Origin: Erythrobacteraceae bacterium
Lineage (GTDB): Bacteria > Pseudomonadota > Alphaproteobacteria > Sphingomonadales > Sphingomonadaceae
Reading direction: 5' to 3'
Length of the DNA stretch: 60,805 nucleotides
NCBI GenBank assembly: GCA_038130205.1
Contig: JAYPMZ010000001.1
Location: forward strand, 26,276 to 87,080
In this document: one piece after another, positions 18,274 through 27,956 of the stretch
Position numbering within the stretch: position 1 is the stretch's first letter
How the letters are laid out: every line of letters begins with the position of its first letter
Position numbers and translations under genes: made by a program
The notes under the pieces: model-generated
What the model was told of the DNA's origin: nothing
Database searches by the model: none
Seen by the model: the letters and a program-made list of their open reading frames with translations, nothing else

Positions 18274-20106
18274 CTAAATCAATCGCGCCGCGAACAGTCC
18301 GCGCACCGCATTGCCGAGCTGGAACCCGCCGCTGAGATCGTCGAGCGTCAATTCGGCCTCGCGCGCCTCGCCTTTCTCAATAAGATACTCGCGCAGGACG
18401 CCGGACAGCAGACCCAGCCTTGCCGACGGGGTCAGCAGCACGCCGTCATCGCCGCGCACGAAGATATTGGTGAAGCTGCCCTCGGTCACCAGCCCGTCGT
18501 CGCGCAACAGAATTGCCTCGCCCGCATCCATGCTGTTCGCAGCGGCAAGCGCATCCTCGTAAAAGCCGCGGTCGGTGGTCTTGTGCGCAAGCCGCCAGTC
18601 CGACGGGTCGAGCGGGTTGGGCAGCGCAACCACCTTGACCTCCTGATCGAAGGGTGCCGGCATTGGCTGAACTTCGAGCGCGCTTGCCCCGCTGCGCGCG
18701 CTCATCAGCCGCAGCCTGGTCGGTGTGTCGAGTTCGAAACACAGTGCCTGAATCTGGTTGCGTGCAGCATGGCGATCAAACTGGAAGCCGAGCGTTGCCG
18801 CGCTGCGCTTCATCCGCGCCAGATGCAATTCGAGCAGCGCAATGCCGATCTCGGGATCGAAAGCCATAGTCTCGATCAGGTCGAAAGCAGGCGCCCCGTG
18901 ATCGGACGAGGATGCCCGCGCAAAGCCTGCTTTCACTTCGCATTCGCGCCTCTCGGCCAGTGGCTCGCTATCGGCGACAATGGCCGAGCCCACCCCGAGC
19001 ACCGCATGACCCTGACCGTTTTCGATGGGGGTGAGGCGCAAGGTGCGGATCGCGACGTTGAAAGCCGCTGCACCGTCCGAACCGATGCGCCCGATCGCGC
19101 CACAATAGGGCCCACGGGCATCGCGCTCGACCTGATGGATCAACTCCATCGCGCGAATCTTGGGCGCGCCGGTGATTGAGCCACAGGGGAACAGCGCACG
19201 GACCAGATCCATCGCTCCCTTGCCATCGGCCAGCCGGGCGCGGACGCTGGTGACCATCTGGTGCACCGTCGGATAACTCTCGACCGCAAAGGGTGCATCG
19301 ACCCGCACGGTTCCGGGTTCGGCTACGCGTGACAGATCGTTGCGCATCAGATCGACGATCATCAGGTTCTCGGCCTTGTCCTTGACCGATGTCGCCAGTT
19401 CCTCGGCCAGCGCCACGTCGGCGGCGGAATCGTCCGAACGCGGGCGCGTCCCCTTCATCGGCTTGGCCTTGGCGCTTCCGTCGGCACCCAGCGAAACGAA
19501 CAGTTCGGGCGAGAAGCTGAGAAGATAGTGCGACCCATCGTGGATCACCCCGCCATAGCCTGCGCTCGCCGCGCTGCGCAGCGAGGCATAAAGCGCCAGC
19601 GGATCGCCGCGATAGCTTCCCGCGAGCGGGTAGGTGAGGTTTGCCTGATAGATGTCGCCGGCATGGATCGCCTCGCGCAGCACTTCAAAAGCGGCGTCAT
19701 AGCCGCCCAGCGATAGCTGCGGTTCGAGCGGGCCGATGCTGGCTGTGCCTTCCGCATTCGCCGCAAGCCAAGCGGCTACGTCTGCGGCGGCTATACGTTC
19801 GGGAGCTTCAAACAGACCTAGCCACACCAGCGGACCGTTCGCACCGCTCCGCTCAGCGGCGAGCGGTTGCAGCTTGGGCTCCAGCGCCAAGCCTGCTTCA
19901 TATGCGATATAGCCCGCCAGTTCGCCACCCTGAGCGCGTGCCGCCTCGGCTGCGGCAAGTGCCGCCTCCACCTCGTCCGGTCGGTAGGCGACGAAAACCT
20001 CTCGAGGCTCGCTGTAATAGAGCGCATCCGGCGCAACGCCCGTCCCCGGCGCGCGCGCGTCATCCAGCAATACGAAAGACTGAGGCTTGGTGGTCTGACC
20101 CATCAC
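18274..20106 (-). CDS. pabB: Aminodeoxychorismate synthase component I fused to ADC lyase (class IV aminotransferase) domain
   Basis: SPELF, KPMKGT, ENLMIVDLMRND, SITGAPK; C-terminal HKTT, TEGSFTN, GLLSGV. Confidence 0.9.
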   Translation of the reverse strand: MMGQTTKPQSFVLLDDARAPGTGVAPDALYYSEPREVFVAYRPDEVEAALAAAEAARAQGGELAGYIAYEAGLALEPKLQPLAAERSGANGPLVWLGLFEAPERIAAADVAAWLAANAEGTASIGPLEPQLSLGGYDAAFEVLREAIHAGDIYQANLTYPLAGSYRGDPLALYASLRSAASAGYGGVIHDGSHYLLSFSPELFVSLGADGSAKAKPMKGTRPRSDDSAADVALAEELATSVKDKAENLMIVDLMRNDLSRVAEPGTVRVDAPFAVESYPTVHQMVTSVRARLADGKGAMDLVRALFPCGSITGAPKIRAMELIHQVERDARGPYCGAIGRIGSDGAAAFNVAIRTLRLTPIENGQGHAVLGVGSAIVADSEPLAERRECEVKAGFARASSSDHGAPAFDLIETMAFDPEIGIALLELHLARMKRSAATLGFQFDRHAARNQIQALCFELDTPTRLRLMSARSGASALEVQPMPAPFDQEVKVVALPNPLDPSDWRLAHKTTDRGFYEDALAAANSMDAGEAILLRDDGLVTEGSFTNIFVRGDDGVLLTPSARLGLLSGVLREYLIEKGEAREAELTLDDLSGGFQLGNAVRGLFAARLI

Positions 20107-20208
20107 AACCGCCTTAGAGTCTGCTCAGCCCCAAGTCGATAGGTTGACCGCCCCGCTTCATCGCTCCAAACGCTGCGCAAAGGATTTTGCGAAGGGGTTC
20201 GGGCAGAA

Positions 20209-21735
20209 ATGGGTACTATTTTCCTTGGACTGGGCGGCAATGGTGAGAACCAGCACCTCGATCTTGGCCTTGCCAACCGCCACGGATTGATCGCGGGCGC
20301 GACCGGGACGGGCAAGACCGTCACGCTGCAGGGCCTCGCTGAAAGTTTCTCTGCCAATGGCGTGCCGGTGTTTGTCGCCGATGTGAAGGGCGATCTGTCA
20401 GGCATTGCCATGCCCGGTTCGCCGACCTTCAAACATGCCGACAAGCTGGAAGGCCGCGCGGAGGAACTGGGCATGGATGACTATGCCTATTCGGACAATC
20501 CGGTGGTGTTTTGGGACCTTTACGGCAAACAGGGCCATCCGATCCGAACCACGATCACCGAGATGGGCCCGCTGCTGCTATCCCGCCTGCTCGATCTCAA
20601 CGACACGCAGGAAGGCGTGCTGCAGATCGTCTTCCGCCATGCCGACGACAACGGCCTGCTGTTGCTCGATTTCGGCGATTTGCAGAGCATGCTGCAATGG
20701 GCGAACGAGAACGCCAAGGAATTGTCGGGTGTTTACGGCAATGTCTCGAGGGCATCGGTCGGTGCAATTCAGCGCCAGCTGTTGAGCTTCGAAGCGCAGG
20801 GCGCGGACAATTTCTTCGGCGAGCCTGCGCTTGAGATCAACGACTTCATCCAATGTGACGAGCAGGGTCGCGGCCATGTGAATGTGCTCGCCGCAGACCA
20901 GTTGATGCGCAGCCCGAAGCTTTATGCGACCTTCCTTTTGTGGCTGCTTGCCGAATTGTTCGAGAGCCTGCCCGAAGTGGGCGACCCTGAAAAGCCGAAG
21001 CTGGTGTTCTTCTTCGACGAGGCGCACCTCCTGTTCGACGACGCGCCCAAGGCGCTGCAGGAGAAGATCGAGCAGGTCGTGCGCCTGATCCGTTCGAAGG
21101 GGGTCGGCGTCTATTTCTGCACGCAGAACCCGATCGACATTCCCGAAGAGGTGGCGGGTCAGCTCGGCAACCGCGTCCAGCACGCCCTGCGCGCCTTCAC
21201 CCCGCGCGACCAGCGCGCGATCAAGGCGGCAGCGGAAACTTTCCGCATCAACCCCGATCTCGACGTCGAAGAGGCGATTACCGAGTTGAAGGTGGGCGAG
21301 GCGCTGGTTTCGACGCTCGACGAGGATGGCGCGCCGACGATTGTCCAGCGCACGCTCATCAAGCCTCCGCGCTCGCGGCTCGGCCCGGTGACCGCAAAGG
21401 AACGCATGATCATCCAGTCGATCAGCCCCTTCGACGGTAAATATGACGAGGTGGTGGACCGCGAGAGCGCCGAGGAAGTGCTCGCGCAGAAAACCGCCGA
21501 CGCCATCGAAACCGCCAAAGAGGTCGAGGAAAAGGGCGAAAAGGAAGTCGCCAAGCGCGCCCGCAAGACACCTTCGCGTTGGGAAAAGGCGGGCAAGAGT
21601 GCGCTCACCGCAGCGAGCGGTTCGATTGCCTCGATTGCGGTCGCGACCGTGCTCGGCAAGAAATCGAGCGCCGACCCGTTGCGCACTGGTGCGACCGCGT
21701 TTGTGCGCAACATATTGGGCAGCCTGATGCGCTAA
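20209..21735 (+). CDS. DUF853/YjgR HerA-like ATPase
   Basis: [42 protein letters not shown]. Confidence 0.9.
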   Translation: MGTIFLGLGGNGENQHLDLGLANRHGLIAGATGTGKTVTLQGLAESFSANGVPVFVADVKGDLSGIAMPGSPTFKHADKLEGRAEELGMDDYAYSDNPVVFWDLYGKQGHPIRTTITEMGPLLLSRLLDLNDTQEGVLQIVFRHADDNGLLLLDFGDLQSMLQWANENAKELSGVYGNVSRASVGAIQRQLLSFEAQGADNFFGEPALEINDFIQCDEQGRGHVNVLAADQLMRSPKLYATFLLWLLAELFESLPEVGDPEKPKLVFFFDEAHLLFDDAPKALQEKIEQVVRLIRSKGVGVYFCTQNPIDIPEEVAGQLGNRVQHALRAFTPRDQRAIKAAAETFRINPDLDVEEAITELKVGEALVSTLDEDGAPTIVQRTLIKPPRSRLGPVTAKERMIIQSISPFDGKYDEVVDRESAEEVLAQKTADAIETAKEVEEKGEKEVAKRARKTPSRWEKAGKSALTAASGSIASIAVATVLGKKSSADPLRTGATAFVRNILGSLMR

Positions 21736-23216
21736 AGCGGGAGCCTGATCTCCGCTCCCAGACCGCCTTCCTCGCGGTTCGCCAGCACAAGTTCGCCGCC
21801 ATGCTGTTCGGCGATGGCGCGGGCGAGAGTCAGGCCCAGACCTGCGCCGCCGGTTGCACGGTTGCGCGAGGCTTCCCCGCGGGTGAAGGGTTCGAGCATT
21901 TCGGCAATGCGGTCCTCGGGGATGCCGGGGCCGCGATCCTCGACCCTGAGCACAGCGGTGTTGCCCGTGATCTCGACGGACAGATCGGCTGTCTCGCCAT
22001 AACGCAGCGCGTTGGAGACGAGGTTGCGCAGCGCGCGCTTGATCCACGTCACCTGCACCCGCGCCACCACGCGCGGCGGATTGCCGATGGTGACAGGCTC
22101 GCCCAGATCCTCGAACTCCTCGGTTACGCCGATTGCCAGCATGCCGAGGTCGACCGTCTCGATTTCGAGCCCGCCGGACCGGCCGACGCGGGCCAGCGCG
22201 AGGATATCGTCGAGCGTTGCGGTTATGTCTTCGATACTGTGCGCCATCTTGTCGCGTTGGGCATCGTCCGGGACGCTCTCGATCCGCACGCGCAAAGCGG
22301 CGAGCGGTGTCTTGAGATCGTGCCCGATTGCGCCGAGCATCACGTCCTTTTCATCAAGCAGTGCGGCAATGCGCGTTTCCATCGTGTTGTAGGCAGCAAT
22401 CAGATGGCGCATGTCGGCCGGCCCCGTCTCGGCCAGTTTCACCGTCTGATCGGGTTTGCGCGAGAACGTACTCACCCGCTCGGTCAGTTGTGCCAGCGGC
22501 CGCGTGATCCGGCGCAGCACGAAAAACAGCACGATCATCAGCAGGGCGAAGGTGATCAGCGTCTGGAACACGATGCCGCGCAGCGCATCCTTGGGACGCG
22601 GAGGTTCGATGCTGCGGACGGTTTCCCACTCGCCGCCCTCGCTGCGCTGGATCGCGGCGACAAACATCTGGCGGTCGCGCCATTCGGTGTTGTTGCGGAA
22701 GCGCGGACGAGAAGCGACAAAGGCCGCAAGCGCCGGATCGTCGCCCGCGCGCACGACGGTGATGACCGCAGCATGTGGGATCACGCCTTCCTGCGCGAGA
22801 ATGGTGCGCAGTCGCTCTTCGTGCTCGCCTTCGGCTGGAAGGACAGCCATCGGGGGGTCGGTCGAAACGGTGTAGCGCAGCTGGCGCGGCAGGTTCATGA
22901 CCGGATCGCCCCCGCCCGGGCCGCCCCTACCCGGACCACCGCGATCGTCGCGCCGTCCACGGCGTCCTTCTCCGCGCTCTTCCCCCTCGCGTTCTTCCCG
23001 TTCTGCACGCCGCGCAGCGCGGCGCTCGGCGCGTTCGGCGCGCTCGCCGCCGTTGATGAGACGATAGGCGGCGGCGGTGATAGCGGCGTTTTCGCGGCGC
23101 TCCTCGCCCGCGCGGTAGAGCAGCGTCACTGAAACCACTTGCGCGAAAAGCAGCACAAGCGCGACGCTTGCGAGCACCTGCCCGAGCAGGCTTTGCGGTA
23201 GCAGCCGCTTCATCAA
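21732..23216 (-). CDS. Sensor histidine kinase (2 TM, HAMP, HisKA, HATPase)
   Basis: [29 protein letters not shown]. Confidence 0.95.
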   Translation of the reverse strand: MMKRLLPQSLLGQVLASVALVLLFAQVVSVTLLYRAGEERRENAAITAAAYRLINGGERAERAERRAARRAEREEREGEERGEGRRGRRDDRGGPGRGGPGGGDPVMNLPRQLRYTVSTDPPMAVLPAEGEHEERLRTILAQEGVIPHAAVITVVRAGDDPALAAFVASRPRFRNNTEWRDRQMFVAAIQRSEGGEWETVRSIEPPRPKDALRGIVFQTLITFALLMIVLFFVLRRITRPLAQLTERVSTFSRKPDQTVKLAETGPADMRHLIAAYNTMETRIAALLDEKDVMLGAIGHDLKTPLAALRVRIESVPDDAQRDKMAHSIEDITATLDDILALARVGRSGGLEIETVDLGMLAIGVTEEFEDLGEPVTIGNPPRVVARVQVTWIKRALRNLVSNALRYGETADLSVEITGNTAVLRVEDRGPGIPEDRIAEMLEPFTRGEASRNRATGGAGLGLTLARAIAEQHGGELVLANREEGGLGAEIRLPL

Positions 23217-23956
23217 GGTTCGGGGTCCGGCGGCGTTCGCTTGACGCTCGCGGCAAAGCGGTATCCGCCACCGCGAACGGTCAGGATCAGTTGCGGATCG
23301 GCGGTGTCGACCTCGATCTTGCGGCGCAGGCGGCTCACCTGATTATCGACCGCGCGGTCGAACAGATGTGCGGTGCGGCCTTGCACCAGATCGAGCAGCA
23401 GGTCGCGGTCCATCACCTTGCGCGGATTGTCGAGCAGGGCGCGCAGCAGGCGAAATTCGGCGGTCGAGATCGGTACGGTCACGCCCTCGGGATCGGTCAG
23501 CTTGCGCTTGAGCGGGTCAAGCACCCAGCCTTCGAAGTGGTAGTGCCAGTCTTGCGCTTCGGCCTGCGGGCCGTTTCCGCGTCCCACGCGGCGCAGCACA
23601 GTGCGTATGCGCGCGACCAGTTCGCGCGGTTCGAAGGGTTTGACGATGTAGTCATCCGCGCCGAGTTCGAGCCCGACAATGCGATCGGTCGGCTCTCCGC
23701 GAGCGGTGAGGAAAATTACCGGCAGCTGGCGTGTCTCGACCAGATGGCGGCACAGCGAAAGCCCGTCCTCACCCGGCATCATGATGTCGAGCAGGACAAT
23801 ATCGGGGGTCGCTTCGGTCAGAGCCGAGCGCGCGGCGGCAGCGCTGCTTGCTTCGGTCACGGCGAAACCCTGACGCTCGAGATATTCGGCGAGCGGTTCG
23901 CGCAGGGTCGGTTCATCATCGACCAGCAGGATCGTGGTAGGGGACGCGGTTTCCAT
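23213..23956 (-). CDS. OmpR-family response regulator
   Basis: LVDDE, LDIMMPG, GADDYIVKPF, DNQVSRLRRK, TVRGGGY; start ATG 23956. Confidence 0.95.
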   Translation of the reverse strand: METASPTTILLVDDEPTLREPLAEYLERQGFAVTEASSAAAARSALTEATPDIVLLDIMMPGEDGLSLCRHLVETRQLPVIFLTARGEPTDRIVGLELGADDYIVKPFEPRELVARIRTVLRRVGRGNGPQAEAQDWHYHFEGWVLDPLKRKLTDPEGVTVPISTAEFRLLRALLDNPRKVMDRDLLLDLVQGRTAHLFDRAVDNQVSRLRRKIEVDTADPQLILTVRGGGYRFAASVKRTPPDPEP

Positions 23957-23980
23957 CAGCTGTGTTCCATGAAAGCTGGC

Positions 23981-24071
23981 GGCCCGGCGCGCAAGCCACG
24001 AAGGTGGCAGCGTGCCGGGCCGGAGCGGGGCGATGCGGCTTTCAGTCGGGGGAGGGGAGCGCCGCACCACC
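23981..24071 (-). other. Two intergenic stem-loops, one with a CUCCCCUCCCCC loop
   Basis: 11-bp stem 24029-24039/24061-24071 with two G-U pairs on the minus strand; second stem 23981-23988/24014-24021. Confidence 0.6.
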
Positions 24072-24089
24072 TCATTGGCTGTTCAGGCC

Positions 24090-24821
24090 TTACTGCGACG
24101 CGCCCTGCTGGCCTGCAGCGCGGCGCTGTTCGCGGCGTTCCTGCATTGCTTCACGGGCTGCTTCGCGTTCTGCGGCAGTGATCGTGCCCGAACCGTCGGT
24201 ATCGACCTTGGCGAAGCGGGCTTCGACAGCAGCGTCATATTCGGCTTTCGACACGGCGCTGTCGCCATTGGTGTCTGCACGCCGCAGCATGGCCATGCCG
24301 CGTTCGCCGCGATGTCCGCCGCGTCGGCCACGGTGTTCACCGCGCTCGCCGCGTCGGCCCTGACGGGCCTCGCCTCGACGTTCACCACCGCGTTCGGCGC
24401 GGCGCTCTGCCATGGCTTCACGGCCAGCGGCCATTTCCGCCTGCGAGAGGGCACCATTGCCGTCCGTGTCGAGCCGTTCGAACATGCGGGCCTGCCGTTC
24501 GGCGTGGCGCTCGGCGCGCTGTTCGTCGCGGGCTTCACGGGCAGCGGTCATTTCGGCGGGAGTGATTTGACCATCGCCGTTGGCATCGGCCTTGGCAAAG
24601 CGTTCGGCTCCGCGCGCACCGCGGTCTGCGGCGTCGAGCTTGCCGTCGTCATTGGCGTCCATACGCTCGAAGCGTTCGTCGGCCTTGGCCTTGGCCTCGG
24701 CGAGCGAGACAACGCCATCGCCGTTGGTGTCGGCGTTGCGATCACCCTGGTTGGCATAGGCGATACCTGCGCCGCCAAGAGCAAGCGCGGTGGTCGAGAG
24801 AATGAGAGTCAGTTTACGCAT
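24090..24821 (-). CDS. Secreted EF-hand calcium-binding protein
   Basis: Signal peptide; six DxN/DGxG loops (DTNGDG, DANDDG, DANGDG, DTDGNG, DTNGDS, DTDGSG). Confidence 0.9.
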   Translation of the reverse strand: MRKLTLILSTTALALGGAGIAYANQGDRNADTNGDGVVSLAEAKAKADERFERMDANDDGKLDAADRGARGAERFAKADANGDGQITPAEMTAAREARDEQRAERHAERQARMFERLDTDGNGALSQAEMAAGREAMAERRAERGGERRGEARQGRRGERGEHRGRRGGHRGERGMAMLRRADTNGDSAVSKAEYDAAVEARFAKVDTDGSGTITAAEREAAREAMQERREQRRAAGQQGASQ

Positions 24822-24832
24822 TACAAAATCCT

Positions 24833-24968
24833 TCCAGCATTGTTGTTATAGCTGGAGTTGCGGCAATGCGCCTCGGCGAAAGCGGCCCGGGAGGGGGAGG
24901 GGCTGTTTCTCCCGTTGAATGGCCGCTTTGTCAGGGGGAGGAACCAATTGGCGCATCCACCGCAACTC
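24833..24968 (-). ncRNA. Candidate structured leader/sRNA upstream of the EF-hand gene
   Basis: Four nested stems, two C-rich unpaired tracts and a hairpin over the SD. Confidence 0.5.
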
Positions 24969-25024
24969 ACAATCGCTGTTCTAGCGCCGTGTTGTCGCAG
25001 GATTATCCCCGAAACCGCCGACAT

Positions 25025-25040
25025 TGTCGCGGTTTGTATC
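25025..25040 (-). promoter_or_regulatory. Possible OmpR-type direct repeat GnnACA-N4-GnnACA
   Basis: Minus strand GATACAaaccGCGACA, upstream of a GATAAT -10-like hexamer. Confidence 0.4.
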
Positions 25041-25098
25041 GGATAGGCGGCGCTGTTCACCTGAGCGCAAACTGGAGCTTTCTGGCGGCATGATCTGC

Positions 25099-25494
25099 TC
25101 AACGCGGACGGTGCTGTGTTCCCTCGCCTGCAGTGATGAAAACCGCCGTTGCGCTCTCGGCCACATCGGCGGTGTGCCACACACCCGGTGGATTGACGGC
25201 GTATTCGCCCGCTGATAGCGCGACGGTTTCGGTCCGGCCATCGGGAAATTCCTGCGTCAGTACCATCGCTCCGTGGGTGCAGATCACCACTTCTGCGCCC
25301 TTGGGATGGATTTCCCAACTGTCCCAGTCCTTGGTGAAGGTGTATTGCGAGACGAGCCGCCCTTCAGCTCCATCATCGCCGTGACGCATCCCGTAGCCTT
25401 CGTACCACTCCATCCCGGTGAACGGCGGTTGAGGCACCGCCGTCGCACCGAGACCGAGGTGCAGAAAGCTCTCGGAAAGCTTGCGCGCGCCCAT
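25099..25494 (-). CDS. Cupin-domain protein
   Basis: WEIHPKGAEVV and NPPGVWH cupin motifs. Confidence 0.85.
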   Translation of the reverse strand: MGARKLSESFLHLGLGATAVPQPPFTGMEWYEGYGMRHGDDGAEGRLVSQYTFTKDWDSWEIHPKGAEVVICTHGAMVLTQEFPDGRTETVALSAGEYAVNPPGVWHTADVAESATAVFITAGEGTQHRPR

Positions 25495-25880
25495 TACGAA
25501 GCGGGCGGGATCATGCAGAAGACGTTGAGCTTGTTCCCGTCGAGATCGCGGAAGTAGCCTGCGTAAAAGCCTTCGTCGCCGCGCGGTCCGGGCGCTCCTT
25601 CGTCGCTCGCGCCATTGGCGATGGCGACGTCATAGACCGCCTTGACCCTCTCTTCGCTATCGACCTGCAACGCGACCATCGTGCCGTTGCCGACCGTCGC
25701 TTCCTGCTCATCGAAAGGCTTGGTCGCGGCGAGGCCAGCCGTGCCATCTTCGAAATTGCCCCAGGCGATAAACTGGCCCTCTTCCATCATCCGACCATAA
25801 CCCATCGCGCCTGCCACAGCGTCGTAAAACGCCGCTGCGCGCGGCAGATCATTGGTGCCCAGAGTTACGTAGCCGATCAT
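25494..25880 (-). CDS. VOC/glyoxalase family protein (possible MmcA-like)
   Basis: YVTLGTNDL..AAAFYD, GNGTMVAL, GAPGPR, YFRDLDGNKL. Confidence 0.9.
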   Translation of the reverse strand: MIGYVTLGTNDLPRAAAFYDAVAGAMGYGRMMEEGQFIAWGNFEDGTAGLAATKPFDEQEATVGNGTMVALQVDSEERVKAVYDVAIANGASDEGAPGPRGDEGFYAGYFRDLDGNKLNVFCMIPPAS

Positions 25881-25927
25881 GGATATTCTCCCTCAAGCCG
25901 CGCCGCACATTGCGACTCGGAACACGA

Positions 25928-25942
25928 GAACATTACTAGAAC
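25928..25942 (-). promoter_or_regulatory. Alphaproteobacterial LexA (SOS) box
   Basis: Minus strand GTTC-tagtaat-GTTC, perfect GTTC-N7-GTTC, about 50 bp upstream of the VOC start. Confidence 0.75.
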
Positions 25943-26018
25943 ATTCAATCTGGCGCAATTCTCGTGTGGAGTGGCAGTCCACCCGCGGCCTCGGAGCGCG
26001 AGCTATAACGCGCCGCAA

Positions 26019-27833
26019 TCAAAGCGGAGCCGTCTGCGCCTCCAGCCACGCCAGATCATCGCCTTCAAGCTGCGGCGCGACGATTTCGCGAACCTTGGTG
26101 TGATAGGCATCGAGCCACGCGATTTCGGTTTCGGTCAGGAGCGATTTTTCGATCAGGCGGCGGTCGATCGGCACAAAGGTAAGGCAATCGAAGCCGAGAT
26201 AGCGCCCTTCTGCGCCATCGATATCCTGTTCGACCGTAAGCACGAGGTTCTCGATGCGGATGCCGAAAGCGTTCGGCTTGTAATAGCCCGGCTCGTTCGA
26301 GAGGATCATGCCAGCAAACAGCTCCTGACTCGTCCCGGCCTGCCCGCCGCCCGGCTTGGCGATGCGCTGCGGGCCTTCGTGGACACCAAGGAAGCTGCCG
26401 ACGCCGTGGCCGGTGCCGTGGGCATAATCGACGCCTGCTTCCCACAGATACTGGCGGGCGAGCACGTCAATCTGGCCGCCGCATGTCCCTTGCGGGAAAA
26501 CGGCGCGGTCGATCTGGATGTGGCCTTTGAGCACCCGCGTGAAGCGGTCGCGCATTTCTGCGGTCGGTTCTGACCCTTCGGGTGTTTCGATCCAAACGGT
26601 GCGGGTAATGTCGGTAGTGCCTGCCGGATATTGGCCGCCCGAATCCACGAGGTAGATCGAGCCCGGAGGGATCAGGATATTGCTGTCTTCATCGACCTTG
26701 TAATGCGGCAGCGCGGCGTGGCCCGAGGCAGCCGAGATCGTGTCGAAGCTGGTGTCGCGCAGATCGCCATGTTCGCGGCGGAAGCCTTCGAGTTTGGCAG
26801 CGGCGGTCAGTTCGTCGATCTCGCCAGCGGGTGCGGTCACTTCGAGCCAGCGCAGGAAGCGGCTGACCGCCGCACCGTCACGCGCTTGCGCATCGCGGTG
26901 TCCGGCGACCTCGGCTTCGTTCTTGACCGCTTTGGCAAGGATCGTGGGGTCCTGTTTGAAAGTGAACTTGGCCCCGCCAGCGCGCAAAGCCTGCGCAATG
27001 CCGACCACGCCGAAATCGGGGTCAACGCTCACCTGCTTGCCCGACATGGCACCAAGCGCGCCGACAAATTCGTCCCGTGCCCGCACCGTCACGGCATTGC
27101 CGAGGTGCTGGGTGAGTTCGGGCGTGACCTTTTCGGGCGCGATGAACAGCTCTGCGGTCCCGTCGCTATGTGCGATCACATAGGACAGCGCGACCGGCGT
27201 GTGCGAGACGTCGACCCCGCGAATATTGAGCAGCCAGGCAATCGAGTCGAGCGCAGGGATCACCACCGCATCAAGCCCGTTGTCGCCAAGCCAGTCGGCC
27301 ACTTCTGCACGCTTTTCGGCAGAACTGCGTCCGGCCAGTTCCTCGGTATGCACCAGCGCCTCGGCATTCGAGGGTTCGGGCTGGTCCTGCCACACTGCGT
27401 CAATCGGATTGCTGTCGGCGGGAACCATGGTGATGCCGGCGGGGTCGACCTGCGCTTCGAGCGCGGCAACCCAGCTCCACGTGTGCAGCCACGGGTCATA
27501 GGCGATCTTCGCACCGATTTGCGAGACGTCTTTCAGCCAGTCGCCTAGGCTGTCACCCGGAACGCTGCGGTATTCGAACAGATTGCCATCGACCTGATCG
27601 CGCACCTGCACGGTATAGCGCCCGTCTACGAAGATCGCCGCATGGGTCAGCGTGACCGCTGCAAACCCTGCCGAACCGCCAAAGCCGGTCAGCCAGCCCA
27701 GACGCTGCGCATAATCGCCGACATATTCGCTCATATGCTCGTCGGAGATCGGCACAACGAAACCGTCGAGATCGCGGCGTTTGAGTTCTTCGCGCAGAGC
27801 TTTCAGGCGCGCTTCATGGGTCTGCATCAGCAT
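26019..27833 (-). CDS. pepP: Aminopeptidase P (M24B)
   Basis: DEHMSEY, DSGGQY, GTTDITRT, HGTGHGVG, SNEPGYY, GIRIEN. Confidence 0.93.
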   Translation of the reverse strand: MLMQTHEARLKALREELKRRDLDGFVVPISDEHMSEYVGDYAQRLGWLTGFGGSAGFAAVTLTHAAIFVDGRYTVQVRDQVDGNLFEYRSVPGDSLGDWLKDVSQIGAKIAYDPWLHTWSWVAALEAQVDPAGITMVPADSNPIDAVWQDQPEPSNAEALVHTEELAGRSSAEKRAEVADWLGDNGLDAVVIPALDSIAWLLNIRGVDVSHTPVALSYVIAHSDGTAELFIAPEKVTPELTQHLGNAVTVRARDEFVGALGAMSGKQVSVDPDFGVVGIAQALRAGGAKFTFKQDPTILAKAVKNEAEVAGHRDAQARDGAAVSRFLRWLEVTAPAGEIDELTAAAKLEGFRREHGDLRDTSFDTISAASGHAALPHYKVDEDSNILIPPGSIYLVDSGGQYPAGTTDITRTVWIETPEGSEPTAEMRDRFTRVLKGHIQIDRAVFPQGTCGGQIDVLARQYLWEAGVDYAHGTGHGVGSFLGVHEGPQRIAKPGGGQAGTSQELFAGMILSNEPGYYKPNAFGIRIENLVLTVEQDIDGAEGRYLGFDCLTFVPIDRRLIEKSLLTETEIAWLDAYHTKVREIVAPQLEGDDLAWLEAQTAPL

Positions 27834-27956
27834 AGTATCGAATTCCTGCTTGCCCGCGCGCCCTTGCCGCGCAGGGATGAATGTCTAATACCACAGACAT
27901 AGGCCGCTTGCCTGCGGCTTTCCACCCGAGCTTTCTCGCATAAGGAACCGGCTATC

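Noticed and set aside
18274-20106. PabB-PabC fusion as a novelty
   Set aside because: Known architecture in many bacteria
20209-21735. HerA-like ATPase as an anti-phage system
   Set aside because: Matches the widespread DUF853/YjgR type; no Sir2, nuclease or other defence partner nearby
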